A stretch of 64,000 nt of DNA from Amoebidium appalachense (GCA_963693365.1 CAVNZM010000004.1:2192389-2256388), one strand, 5' to 3'; positions 1 through 18,115 are shown, counted from the stretch's first letter. Made by a program: numbers and translations. Notes: a model not told the origin generated them from the sequence alone.

Positions 1-198
1 GCGGCGGTACACATGTTAGAAAGGGGGTCGACGGTGTGGGCGTGGGTTTCATTTTTGTTTTCGTACTTGGGTTTGTTTCTATTTTTATTATCAGAGTTGT
101 TTCCTTTTTTGGTTTCTTTTTTCAAAAAAAAGAATTTTGGCGGTGGTGATGGTGGTGGTGGTGTGTGTGTGTGCGTGCGTGCGTGGGGTAGGGTTTGT

Positions 199-254
<56 letters not shown>

Positions 255-407
255 AATGTCAAGGAGTGGTCCCTACACAGAAGAAATGTCGTATCGGTCT
301 CTGTGTTCAAGGGGGAAAGGGAGTGAGGGGAGGGGGTTCGGGGGGGGGGGGGGGGGGGGGGAGGGAGAAGACGGTGGGTTCGAAGGGGGGAGGAGGGAAC
401 GGGGAAA

Positions 408-448
<41 letters not shown>

Positions 449-592
449 CTTTTCATTCCCTTCGTGCCTGCATTGACATCAGAGAAAACTGCATTCATGC
501 CACTTTCTCGAATCATCATTTTTGTAAAACGGATGAGCAGAGAATGATAAGAAGGAAGAGGGGCACCGAAGTGTGGCTGCTGGGCCTCTTTG

Positions 593-635
<43 letters not shown>

Positions 636-742
636 AGAGAGAATGCAGGAAAGGAGATATGTGTTTGGTGATCGGAGAAAGTGGGTGGGTAGAGGAGCCT
701 CTCTGTCGACAGCCAGCCAATGACATGGGGATCTGCACATAC

Positions 743-5578
<4,836 letters not shown>

Positions 5579-6302
5579 GGCAGCTGCACCAGCAGAGCCC
5601 GCCAGCAGCGCCTACGCATACTCGAACAAAACTTTCGGAAGTCAAAAGTGATCGATCGGATCGATCGATCCGGCACGGCGCGAGCGCTATATTTGTAGCG
5701 GGCGAACTTTCGGATTGGGCCTGCAACACAAAGAGCTTTAGCATAGCTACACATAACATATACCAGAGAAGGGTCATATTCATATCACTCTTTTTATGTG
5801 ATCAATATAGCAACAGACATAAAACAACGGAATATTCAATACTAGCCATATTGTGTACATAGCTCCTGTATGATCATGATTAACACATAGGATCTGATTC
5901 GAACGGACCACAGGTCATAGCGGTGCAGGCGCAGCTGCAGCTGCCGCGGCCGCCAGCGCTAGCTGTTCCACATAAGGACTTTGGCAGGTAAACACCAATT
6001 GAAGCTGCTTATTAGTCCAGGTTCATCTGCGGCTTAGAACTTTATTTTTGGAGCTTTTTTTTCCTTTTGATGCCTTTGTGCCCGCGTCCCAGGCTCCCGG
6101 CGTGTACATGAGCGAGCCCCAGGGCTGCGGGGCAGCCTGGGCTCACAGATTGGAGCTGTTTGATTGGTTACAACGGACTCTGGTAATCTAAGGATCTCTC
6201 TATGTCGTCATTTGTTGCCTTATAATTAGATATAAATCAGCTCTGTGAAACACCGGCTAAATCTTTAGGATTATTATTGGCTATTCACGCACCTTATGCG
6301 GG

Positions 6303-6340
6303 TATATAAACAGGATTTGAACCCAGAACTCTCATTCATT
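6303..6340 (+). promoter_or_regulatory. Putative TATA box and initiator of adhesin paralog A
   Basis: TATATAAA at 6303-6310 with TCATT about 29 nt downstream (6332). The same arrangement is seen upstream of paralog B. Confidence 0.5.
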
Positions 6341-6518
6341 GTTTGCATCCGCGTCGACAAGACGACAAACGACACGACATATCCCGTTCGTTGTCAAAGT
6401 TTTGAGGACCGTGAAATTACGTATCCGATTCCAACCCTTTTTTTTTTCAAACCTTACCAGTAGAAACATAAAGTTTGCTGCGGCACGTAATTGGGAGGGT
6501 GTGCCCCCGCATGATAAG

Positions 6519-8468
6519 ATGGGGCTCTTCTCAAGAGCTGCTTGGCGAACCTTCGCCTTTGCTTGTTGTCTAGTCCTTCTTTTTACGAGCATTTCGCCAT
6601 CATCAGCAGACGAGGGCGACATTTACTCGTGTGAGAACGCACAGTAAGTTTTCATCCAAACCAATACACTAACTTACCATTTGATGTTTGTGAAACACGT
6701 GGCAAGTGGCAAGCACCCAAGATCACGACCGATATATTTCCTACAGAGTGAACACGCATTCGCACACAGAATGGCATTCCACAAAAGAGCACGTTGATGG
6801 GTTGTTGTGACATTTGTAGCTCATTTGGATTAATCAGCCTCCTTTCACGGCGCCTTCACCTACATTTGTAGCTCATTTGGATTAATCAGCCTCCTTTCAC
6901 GGCGCCTTCACCTAAAGTCTCATTTGATGCATATGGCCTTCCGAAAGCAGGCTAGAGCTCCCTTCAAGTATAACTGAGTTTGTAATCAATTGAAACAGCT
7001 CAAAACATGTGATATGAGTTTGTGCAGCATGCATTCAAACCGTTTACTAACATGAATTGTCTGAACGTTTTCCAGATATGATTTCGTTTTTGTTATCGAT
7101 TCTTCTGGCTCCATCGGTCAAGGCTGGGGCTGCGGCAATAACGTCTGCTGGAATCAGAGTAAGTGCATGAGATACACTCTGGTGTTCTGGTGCACGTGTT
7201 CGTGCCTTTGTGGACCGCCACCCGCCTCAGGTTTTTCTTGATGTTTTCGATCGCGGCTCGCAAAGGCGTTTGTGGCATACTGTACAAACGCAAGCATTAC
7301 AAAGTATATGTATAAAGCCCTCAAGAATTGGGACAACTGTTTTTTGTTTCAGCAACGGGAGTGTCATGCTCATTGATGTATACGCCCAAACATTGTCAAG
7401 CTGAAGCGCGCTCGTTCACTAATGGCGTGGTGGTATGGTGGCACAGTGCTCGAGTTCATCAAGCGGTTCCTAAACCATCCACGAGTGACCATCAGCCCAT
7501 CAAAATCAAGAGCGGCTATGATTCGTTTTGGCACGAGCAACTACGGCTATTACGAGGGCGTCACGGTGGACGTTAATCTCAATGACCCGAGGGCCTCAGA
7601 CCTCAATGCCCTTACCGCCGCTGTGGGGAGGCTCCCATACGCTGCCGGATACACGCCAACTTCGCGCGCCATTGACGAGGCACGCAATGTTTTCCGCAAC
7701 AACAACCAGCACCCTGGAGCCACTAAAATCATGGTGGTTCTGACCGATGGTTACCACACTAGCAGCTGGGATCCCTGCCCGACATCATCCTATGCTAGAG
7801 CTGAAGGCATCAACATTATCGCTGTTGGTATCAACGGCTACAGATACAGTGAGCTAAAGTGCATGTCTGGTGCCGACGACAGAATTATTGCCGTAAGCGA
7901 CTTCAACGTGCTGGCGAACGTTCTGGACAACCTCTTGTCCAAGATCTGCACGGTGAGTATTTCTCGTCATGCTCATAATTATAATTATGAGTAATCAGTT
8001 TTTCACATGTTTCAATGTACTGTACTGCTCATAATACTGAAATGTCATGTGGTACGTACATAGTTGCTAGCCGAAACGTTGTTAGATCTAGAGCCTAGCA
8101 CCGGCATTGTCCCGAATTGAAGTTGCAAATGTCATGTAGTTACTATAGGCTATGGCTCAGCGTATGTTGGCTAGAGTGCAGCCTCAACGATGCACAGGGA
8201 TGGCTAAACGTACCTAATACTAACGCATGTCCGCAGGTGGTTCCACGTAACGGTGCATGGAGCGCATGGACCACCAGCAGCTGCAGTGCCACGTGCGGGG
8301 ATGGTATCCAAAACTGGATCCGTTGGTGCGATAACCCAACACCCAATAATGCTGGTATGTTACATTTACCAAAAAATTCATGTGTCTAATAGAAAGCCAC
8401 TAAGTCTTGCACCGTGTGGTTCTGAATTAAATGGGCCACGGCTTGCACTGCTACCAATGTGTGTGTGT

Positions 8469-8503
<35 letters not shown>

Positions 8504-8590
8504 GTTGCAAAAATTATCAACGCACCGGGTATTCCCTGTTCCCTGCTTTTCGTGCACTGCAGATGCCTCAATTGCGGAGATATTTTGGCT

Positions 8591-8634
<44 letters not shown>

Positions 8635-8868
8635 TGCACTATGGCAATAACATGTACGCCTGACTCGGATTTGAAACATCAGGATTTTTGGCGAATGTAG
8701 CAATGTTTGGGGAGGGGGGGGGGGGGGGGGGGGGAAGGGGGAAGGGGGGGGAGGGGGGGGGGGGGGGTGGGGGGGTTGTCCTGTGGGGGTTAAATTTAAA
8801 TAGAAAGACGATAGCCCGGTACCTTTTTTTTCTTCGCTTCCTCTTTCTTTCTCGCCCTCTCTTTTTTT

Positions 8869-8914
<46 letters not shown>

Positions 8915-9848
8915 AGCCTCGGGTCTTTAGGCACCTTTTGAAGGCAGGTGTTGACTGTGCTTCTGTGTGGCATGTCTCGTTCAGGTGTTGACTGTCTGTG
9001 TGGCATGGCTCGTTAATTAAAAACGTTGCTATGCAGGACAAAAGTGCGGTGTCACTGGCCAGGACGATGTGACAGAGGAAATGCACAACGGCAAGATGAC
9101 CCAGAAGCAAACGAAACTCCATACCTGCAATGTGGACCCATGCCCCATCAACTGGTGAGTGGCTAAATTACTGGTTTCTGTTATGATGTGTTACTGTTGC
9201 AAAAAAAAGGGAGGGGGAGAAGGGGGGGGGGGGGGGGGGGGGAGTGTGGGAGGAGTGGTACAAGACGGGGTTGGGTGGTGGTGGTGGTGGTGGGGGGGGG
9301 GGGGGGGGGGGGGGGGTTGATTGATTGTGGGGCGGGGATCGGGGCAAGGGGACAAAAATGTTGAAGTACCGTAGGCAATGTCACTGTGAAGGTTCCACTT
9401 CTACCTATTTACTTCTGGTATCAAACTGCGCACAATGCAATATGATGGTACTTACTCCCTATATACCCGCAGTGAGGTTGGCCCATGGAGTGAGTGGACC
9501 GCCTGCACACCCGGGTGTGATGGGAAGAGCCCCACAGTGGCAGGTACCCGAACAAAGACTCGCAGTGTTTCCGTTCAGCCACAGTTTGGTGGTCAGGCCT
9601 GCCCAACACTCACCCAGACGGAGGGATGCTCAAGCACGTAAGTGGATAGCCGAACCTTTTGTTAGTTTATCAAAGCCAATCATATACTGAGTCTTGAATC
9701 TGTGTATCCCCGAGCTGCACTTCCCTCTGCCCCCTCCCCCGCTCCCTCCCTTCCCTGTAACACCCCCTCATCCCCCACCCACCCACTGGTACTCGCGCTT
9801 CCAAAGTGCACCACCCCCGCCTCCCTCGGCCCCCCCCCCCCCTCCCTC

Positions 9849-9879
<31 letters not shown>

Positions 9880-9894
9880 ATCATAAACACACGT

Positions 9895-9930
<36 letters not shown>

Positions 9931-12541
9931 TTGTTAGGTCATGTGTCGGCCATGCTGTTGACCAACTTTGCGGTCCAGAATCATGATACCCAGCCAATTT
10001 ACCAATTTGAAATACCACCTCTGACATCAGTACGGTGCCACACAGGTGTGCGGTTGACTGCATCATGGGGGAGTGGACCGATTGGTCATGTGACGCCTCA
10101 AGCCACTGCGATGGTGCAAATTCGCAAGCCAACGGCACACAGACAAGAACCCGCCAGGCCGAGCGCCAGCCAGCAAACAACGGAACGGTGCGTAGAGATG
10201 CACACCCAGCATTCCAAACTGGGGTGTAGTGCACGTGCATGACAAACGATAAATTTTTGGACTTTCATACAGTATACTCTAATATTACATTATGATAGTG
10301 GGTTTGCAAACTTTGCACACGTCTTCTCCCACGCCCTATAGTATAATATACTATGTTGTGCCTTTTTTTTTTTTTTTTTTTTTTTTTCCGGGTTCCCGTT
10401 GCACGTGCACCTCACAGAAGCTACCGTCTTCCATTTGGTTTACTAAGGCAATATCGTACTCCTACAGCCAATAACAAGCAGAACTTATTTGCCCCGCTAA
10501 TACCTTTTCACCTTTTTTCTGCGCAGGAGTGCCCCACCCCCACGAGGGAAAACGACACCTGCAGCTACGACCACTGTGAGCAGAGCTGCAGATTCCTCGC
10601 ATGGTCAGAGTGGGCCCCGGCCCTAGTTTGCGAGCCGTCAGATGTGGGAACCGTGCCCTCAGTTACTGGCACGCAGACACGCACCCGTGTTCTGGACAAC
10701 CCGCTGAACAAGGAGTGCGGCAACATGGGCAACTTCCTGAACGAGACGGAGGTGCACACTGTTCTGTGTGATGTGGACTGCCGGCAGGAGTGGAGGAATT
10801 GGGCCGACTGCACGAGCAAATGTGCTGATATCGGTAGGTGGCCCAGTTTCATGGTGCTGGTGCGCACATGTGCTGCCATGCATGAGACTGTAAAGGGATT
10901 GTGCCCGTTGCAAAGGCAGGTTGGTGTCTATTTTTGTAGTCTCTACATAGTTCTGGGCACAAAACTTGTGCTCACCATCTTCCCTACCATCGTCATAACC
11001 CGTAAACATAAACATTACATCGATAAGTTTCTTACCTTTTCTCGCTGCAGATAAGGGCACGCAGACACGCATCAGGGTGGACCTTCAGCAGCCATACAAA
11101 AACGGCAAGAAATGCAACGAAACACGCACAGAGACCAGAGTGTGTGAGCCACTGATCTCTGAGGAGTGCCCAGTCAACTGCCAGGTGAGAAATGGGGCTG
11201 GGGTTCATTAGCTTTTTAGAATAGATAACTTTTCTTGCTCACTCCTTTCTAGTCTTTATTACTAGCATTGCTTCTTTCCCCCTTCCCCCCCTCCTCCCCT
11301 CACCCTCCCCCTTCCTCCCCTCCAGAACCCTCGTTGGCAACATATTCCTCCCCCCACCCCCCCCCCCTCCTCCTCCTCCTCCTCCTCCTCGTCCCCGGGG
11401 CAAAACAATCCCTTTCCCCCACCACTATCTCTTCCTAATCGTGATCCCCTCTTGTTTACCACCCATTCTCACAAGCCATCCGTCAGGTGTCCGATTGGGC
11501 CGAGTGGTCGCCATGCAACTACACGTGCATCGCTGGTGTGCCCGATGCCACCGGCACCAAGAATCGCTCAAGAACCATCACCATGCCCCCAGCCTACAAC
11601 GGAACGGACTGCCCTCCCCTAGAAGACCTGGTATGCATTTGTGTATTCCTTTACTTTTGCCCTCTCCTCCCCCAGCCCCCCTCCCCCCTCCCCTCCCTTC
11701 CTCCTCCTCCCTCCCCCCTCTCTCCCCCCCCTCCCCCCCCTCCCCCCCCTCCCCCTCCCCTCCCCCCCCCCCCCCCCCCCCCAACCACCGCACAACCACC
11801 CCCACCACTTACACCAATGCGCCCTACCGTGCATACCCAACCTGCTAGCCCCGTACCGGCACCCCCTTCATCATCCCGCTTTCTTTTCCTCTCATTCTCT
11901 TCATCTTTCCCACATGGCCACTAACAATGCAAAAATACCATGCACCCCTGCGGCTACTTTTGACAAACGTTCAGTTTGTGGAACTTACTCTCCTTGCACC
12001 ATAACCCTGTTGTCCTTTTGGTTGCTTGTAGACTAACTCCCCCCCCCCCCCCCCCCCCCCCCAGCAATCGTGCACGGTGACGTCATGCCCTGTGGACTGT
12101 GTGCAGACCGAGTGGTCGTCGTGGAGCATCTGCTTCTGCGGTGTTGAGGTCGAGCACAACCGCACACGAAACACCGTCACAAACGCAACAAATGGCGGCA
12201 TCCCCTGCGGTGAAACCTGGGAGACACAGAACTGCTCCCTGGGCTCGTGCATTGCTCCCCCCATTGTTGTTCCCCCCAACAACACCCCCAAGATTGTGGG
12301 TGGGGCTGTGGGTGCGGCCGCCGCTGCCGGCCTTGCTGGGTTGGGAGTCCTGTTATGGGCCCGCCGCAACCACCTGGCCAACATTGCCACCATGCGTGCA
12401 TTCGAGCAAGATGCCCTGTTTAACACGGCCGCTGCAGGAAACAACCCCCTGTTCTCTTCGCCCACACAGGAGGTCCTTAACCCTGCTTACAGCGCCGAGA
12501 TCGATGCCCCACCAAGCACGGGCAGCATGCACCAGCTTTAA
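6519..12541 (+). CDS. Type I membrane adhesin, paralog A: signal peptide + vWA (MIDAS) + 7 TSP1 repeats + TM + integrin-beta-like NPxF/NPxY tail
   Basis: 11 phase-consistent GT-AG exons: 6519-6643, 7076-7158, 7447-7952, 8237-8354, 9037-9154, 9473-9637, 10046-10187, 10527-10833, 11051-11184, 11487-11630, 12065-12541. Signal peptide MGLFSRAAWRTFAFACCLVLLFTSISPSSA. vWA motifs FVIDSSGS, GYTPT, VVLTDG. Repeated WxxW..C...RxR..C units. TM IVGGAVGAAAAAGLAGLGVLLW. Tail ...AFEQDALFNTAAAGNNPLFSSPTQEVLNPAY. Confidence 0.9.
6810..6913. repeat. Perfect 52-bp tandem duplication in intron 1 of paralog A
   Basis: ACATTTGTAGCTCATTTGGATTAATCAGCCTCCTTTCACGGCGCCTTCACCT at 6810-6861 and 6862-6913. Confidence 0.95.
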
Positions 12542-12944
12542 GATCGGCTAAAGTTTTTCTAAAGGCACTGTAGCATCTGCAAATTTAGGTTGCTTTCTGC
12601 ATGAAATGTTGTTGTCAACCCTTGTAACTACTGGGCCCCGTGGGGCTCCACACTAGAATTTTGATTGGTTGAACTTGTGATGACGAATGCATTCTTACCC
12701 GATTTATGGGTATGTTTTAGTATTGACGGTTACAATCATAGCCTACACTTACCATGCATATTTTTTATCTTCGGTTACAAACCAATAAAATCTGCCCTTT
12801 CATCTAAAACTACATGTTGTGGTATATCTCTCTCTCTCTCTCTTTCTCTCGCTCCCCCCCCCCCCCCCTCCCCCGAGGCTGTCTCTCTCGCACTCTCGCT
12901 TTCTCGCTTCCTCCCCCTCTCCCCCCTTTCCCCTCCCCTCCCCC

Positions 12945-13002
<58 letters not shown>

Positions 13003-13185
13003 AAAAAAAGAAAAAAGAAAAAAGACGTATATTCGCATTTTCTATCAAACAATTCAGCATATGGCCACCTGCAAACTCCTTCTCGATTAGTTTTTTCTCG
13101 GGTTTAATCAAGCCTAATGACCTGCACATTTCATTGATTTGACCCTTTGGTTGTGCATGTTAATCCCACCATGCAATCCCCAATT

Positions 13186-13257
<72 letters not shown>

Positions 13258-13269
13258 AAACAAACACCC

Positions 13270-14882
13270 ACCCACCCACCCATTCAACCGACACGACTCT
13301 GTGCACATCCTCCGTTCTTATTTTGCGCCGTGATCTGCATGTGTATTTTCCATCGGTTGCTGCATCTCCGTATACCAGACCGTGTATTGCATCTGCCCCT
13401 GTCTTCCCCCCCTCCCCCCCCCCCCCCTCCCCCCCCCCCCCCCCCCCCCCCCCCTCCCCCCTCCTTCCCCCCCCCCTCCCCCCCTCCTCCCCACCCCGGG
13501 AACACCCAGGGTATCTAAGACCCCTAGCCCTGCAATAATCAGAATCCACTCGTACACATATATGTTCAAACCTCCCATCTCCCCCATCATCTCCTTCGGG
13601 CTTCCCCCACCTGCCCCCGTCTTCTTCTTTGCCCTTTTCCTAAAGAAAATAGCATCTGTACCAGAATCCGTATCCTGTCCTCTCTCTCCTGCCCTTCCTT
13701 ACTCCACCCACCCACCCATTCACCCACCCACCCGCCCACAATCCACCTACCAATCCATTTACCTGTAAAACACCTGCCGTCCCACCGTTGGGCTTCTCTT
13801 CCTCTCCCCCTCCTTCTCCCCTCTCCCCCCCCCCCCCCCCCCCCCCCCGCCCGCCCCCAACATTTCTGTTCTGGTTGACCCCCCCCCCCCACCCTCCCCC
13901 CCTGCGCTCCCAACATTTCTGTTCTGGTTGAACCCCCCCTACCCTCCCCCCTCCCCCCCCCCTCCCCCCCCCAAAACCCCGGCCCCCACTGCCCCCCGGC
14001 TGCCTGCACCTGGAGCCGACAACAACCACTCATGTATCTGAACCTGTTGCAGACTTCCCCAGCTGCTCTTTTCCACCCCCTCTCCAAGCCTCCAACCGCC
14101 ACCCTACATACACACATGCTACGTCTGCTTGACGATATCGATTATGCGCAAGGCATGTCCTAGACAACCTAACTCCCTATTTCCTACTCAAACGTCACTC
14201 CTCGCAAAACATTTCACCGTGGTACTTCATATTACCCCCCCCCCCCCCCCCCCCTCCCCCCCCCCCCCCCCCCACCCACCCACAACCGCCACCACCAACA
14301 CTACATTTTCAATCTCCGATGATCTGCTTCTATCATGGAAACCGCAGTGGCCCACACAGTCTGCATGCCATGCATGCTCGACACTGCCTTCCCCCCTCCC
14401 CCCCTCCTCCCCCCCCCCCCCCTCCCTCCCCCCCCTCTCCCCTCCTCCTCCTACTGCACAAAGTGACACGGTGAACCTACCTTTGATCCCCCCTCCCCCC
14501 CCCCCCTCCTCCTCCTCCCCTGCCGGCCCTGGCCATACACCCCCCCATTCTCGTCCTGAGGCTCTCCTCTTCCCCCCTAACCTTCCTCCCTGACTGTCCC
14601 ATATGGAATCAAAGGCCATCACATGTGATCACATTACTGGTCTGCCAATCACACAACCGCTCTTTTCTAAGTCGCATAATCAGGTTCTAGCCTACCCAAC
14701 CCCCCCCCCCCCCCCTCTGGCCCCATCTCCCCCCCCTCCCCCCCCCCCCACACACACATTCCGTTCCCCCCTCCCCCCTTGACCCCCTTACCCCACTCAT
14801 ACGGTACCCTTTTTCGACCGACCATCTCACAAAACAACTCGGTTCCACCGCCCGCATCACCGCAAGCACTATCTTCTCTCTT

Positions 14883-14913
<31 letters not shown>

Positions 14914-15332
14914 ACCCCCCCACCCCCTCCCCCCGGGGCCCCCCGGCCCCTCCCTGTCCAACACTCTGAAGCAGATCCTGCCTCTCCCCTTCCCCTCTCC
15001 CTCCCCCCTCCCCCCGCACCCCTCCCATTCCAGGCCCCTTGCCCCTTGCTGGCCTGGCCATTAAAGGATATCTTCCCCTTCCATTGAATAGTATCCCCGC
15101 CCCCCCCCCCCCCCCTTCTCCTCCCCATACACACACACAAACCGTTATACACACAGCAATATCTGGTCCAGACTAACAACTGGCAATTAAAAGCACGCAC
15201 ACGAAGTCTTACCCCCGCAAGCTTTCAATCGCTATTCTTTAGTGAACCACCACTCTGCAGCCGAGTTTACCATGACCTCTCTAACTTGTTTTAGTGCCTC
15301 CTTAGCTTGTGCAGTCTTTCCCTTCCCTCCCC

Positions 15333-15416
<84 letters not shown>

Positions 15417-16223
15417 TTCCCCCAACCACCACCAACACAGGTGGGGAGGGAAGGGGCGACGGGGAGGCCCCGCAGGCGGGGTAGGGGGGGGGGGGGGGGG
15501 GGGGAAGGAAGGGGGAGGGGGAGGGGGAGGGGAGGGGGGGGAGAGGGGGGTAAGAGGGGGGGAGGGGGGGAAAGAGGGATGACGGTCAATAAAGGGCATG
15601 GAAAGTAGCACTCGTTCCTGTTCTAGACCGAGAGCAGTACAGAGGCAGAGAGGTAGATTTGCTGTACCCACAACATCCCGTTAGATAACATGCATGACTT
15701 CTATCCAGTAGGCATGCTTGCAAGATTAAGTACACCCGTCATTTAAGTATGGTGAATGTACAGAGAAGCATTCTGTATAGGGCAAGCCAGAACCCAACTT
15801 GGCATCCCCTTGAAAATTCATTAACAACGGCATTCCATAGCCCCCCTCCTCCCCCCCCCCCCCTCCCCGTTGCACCGGGAAAACGGCACTGAGGTGGAGA
15901 GGCAGAGTGGGGCGGAGGGGGGACGAGGAACGGGAGGGGGGGGAAGGGGCGGAGGAGGAGAATTCCCCGGGGGGGGAGGGGGGGGGGGGAGGGGGGGGGG
16001 AGGGGGGGAGGGGGGGGGGAGGGGAAGGGCGGAGTATTGATTGTTGTGACTGTGAGGATCACTGGCACGTGGCAGTCGACGAGCACTTGGCCCATAATTC
16101 GACCTTACCTCAATGACCACAGCCCAGTCGCCCAGTCGTACATGGTCACACAACTTCACACAAAGCAGCTGTCGGTGTGTGTGTGTCTGTGTGTGTGTGT
16201 GTGTGTGTGTGTCTGTGTGTGTG

Positions 16224-16256
<33 letters not shown>

Positions 16257-16316
16257 TTCACACGAAGCAGCTGTCGGTGTGTGTGTGTGTGTGTCTGTCT
16301 GTGTGTGTGTCTGTGT

Positions 16317-16410
<94 letters not shown>

Positions 16411-16531
16411 CAGTGTGTGTGTGTATGCGCGCGCTTGTGTGTGTGTGCGTGTGTGCGTGTGTGTGTGTGCGTGTGTGTGTGGATGTGTGTGTATGTGTGC
16501 GTTGTGTGCGCGTTGTGTGTCACAGTGTGTT

Positions 16532-16585
<54 letters not shown>

Positions 16586-16935
16586 GTACATGTTTTTTTT
16601 TGTGTGTGTGTGTGCGTGCGTGCGTGTGTGTGTGTGCATGTGTGCGTGCGTGTGTGTATGTGCATGCGTGTGAGCGTATGTGTGTGTGTGTGCATGCCAG
16701 CATGCTTGCGTGCGTCTTGTGTGTGCGTGTTGTGCGTGTGCGTGTGTATGTTTGTACGTATGTGTGTGTGTGCATTTGCGTGTGTGTACGCGCGTGTGTG
16801 CGTGTGTGTGTGCGTGTGCGCGCGTGTGGTTGTGCATTTGCTGTCAGTGAGTGGGTTTTGACCATTACGCAGATTTGGTGCCAATTTCATGTGCCTGGCG
16901 CGAAAACGCTGCACAACATCATGCACCGGGTACCT
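13270..16935 (-). CDS. Possible small-exon gene convergent with paralog A (model not resolved)
   Basis: Islands of unique sequence bounded by AG/GT on the minus strand: 16168-16109 (LLCVKLCDHVRLGDWAVVIE then GTAAGG) and 14043-14010 (VQIHEWLLSAP). Further candidates lie near 14800-14870, 14305-14365 and 13270-13392. I could not build a full phase-consistent chain. Confidence 0.25.
16175..16830. repeat. Degenerate (GT)n/(GTGC)n microsatellite block
   Basis: Directly visible; includes a short duplication of AAGCAGCTGTCGGTGTG near 16163 and 16265. Confidence 0.9.
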
Positions 16936-17189
16936 GCAATGAATGCGTCAGGCGCAGGTATTTTGTAGTTCCGATGCCTGAATTTCACACGCACCCGGCC
17001 CCGGATATCTTACGGCGTACGCGCAGCTATAGCTAGAGCATGCATGCATACGTGGGGGTTGGGCGTGGGCAGTTCAACGCGTAACGCGGCCTGCTGCCTC
17101 CTACTGCCTACGTGACTCCGGCACATTTATGTGCAGACCTTGCAGTATACCAGACAAAAAGTTTATCTATCAAATATATATATATATAT

Positions 17190-18026
17190 TTTCTATCTAA
17201 CAACTGTTGTAAACCTGGGCCTGTAACGCTCTCGATATATGGTCTGGTCCCAATAGCTGCTAGAGTATCCTATCTCGCGCTGAAATTCAATAAGCACATA
17301 AGCCGCTTAAAGAAGTATTTGCCCTCCCACCCTCTCTTCTCTATCCGACCTGTCCCCTCCTCACCTCTCCCCTCTTTCCTCCCCTCTCTCTCCCCTTCTC
17401 CCCTGGGCACAAATACAAATAAACCCCGCAATAGTGTGTGTGTGACTTTGGACTGCCACTTACTTATTAAACATGTACACAATCACAAGATAATCACGCA
17501 ATATAACAAATGGAAAAAGATACCACACGACACTAGACCCGATGAAAGCATACACCTTGAAAAACTAAGCCTTATGTCTCGTTTTATATATACTGACCGC
17601 CTCAACCATATTGCCAAATATGGCACTCGCAAGTGTATAACACCTAAATACATATTACCTTCCTGTAGAACTGGTCTTTCTCTAGCTGATGGTATTATTG
17701 ATCAATTACCACGCTTTTACTGTACACGTGCTATACAGTGGAGATCTAATAAGTATAAGGTGGCATCATTTGCATGCCCAAACAACACACACACACACCA
17801 GTTTAACCGGTCATGTATCGCCAAATGTAGTTTGATAGACCACATAATACCGCAACACACACACGTCACATTCACAACAGACACCCAGAAAGATAGCCTA
17901 CCTGTAAATTACAACATCCTTGATTTTATACTAAACACGCGTAACTACGACCTGTTTATTAGATGTATTGATAGGCTTGAGAAACACATCACTACAAAAT
18001 TATAGCGCACGCGCACACACACACAC

Positions 18027-18083
<57 letters not shown>

Positions 18084-18115
18084 CCAGCTGATACCGAGTG
18101 TCCCGAGGGGAGCCC

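Noticed and set aside
6810-6913. CRISPR-like array, RNA genes or prokaryotic defence system
   Set aside because: The repeats are simple head-to-tail duplications without spacers. No tRNA, rRNA or operon-like structure was seen anywhere in the window.
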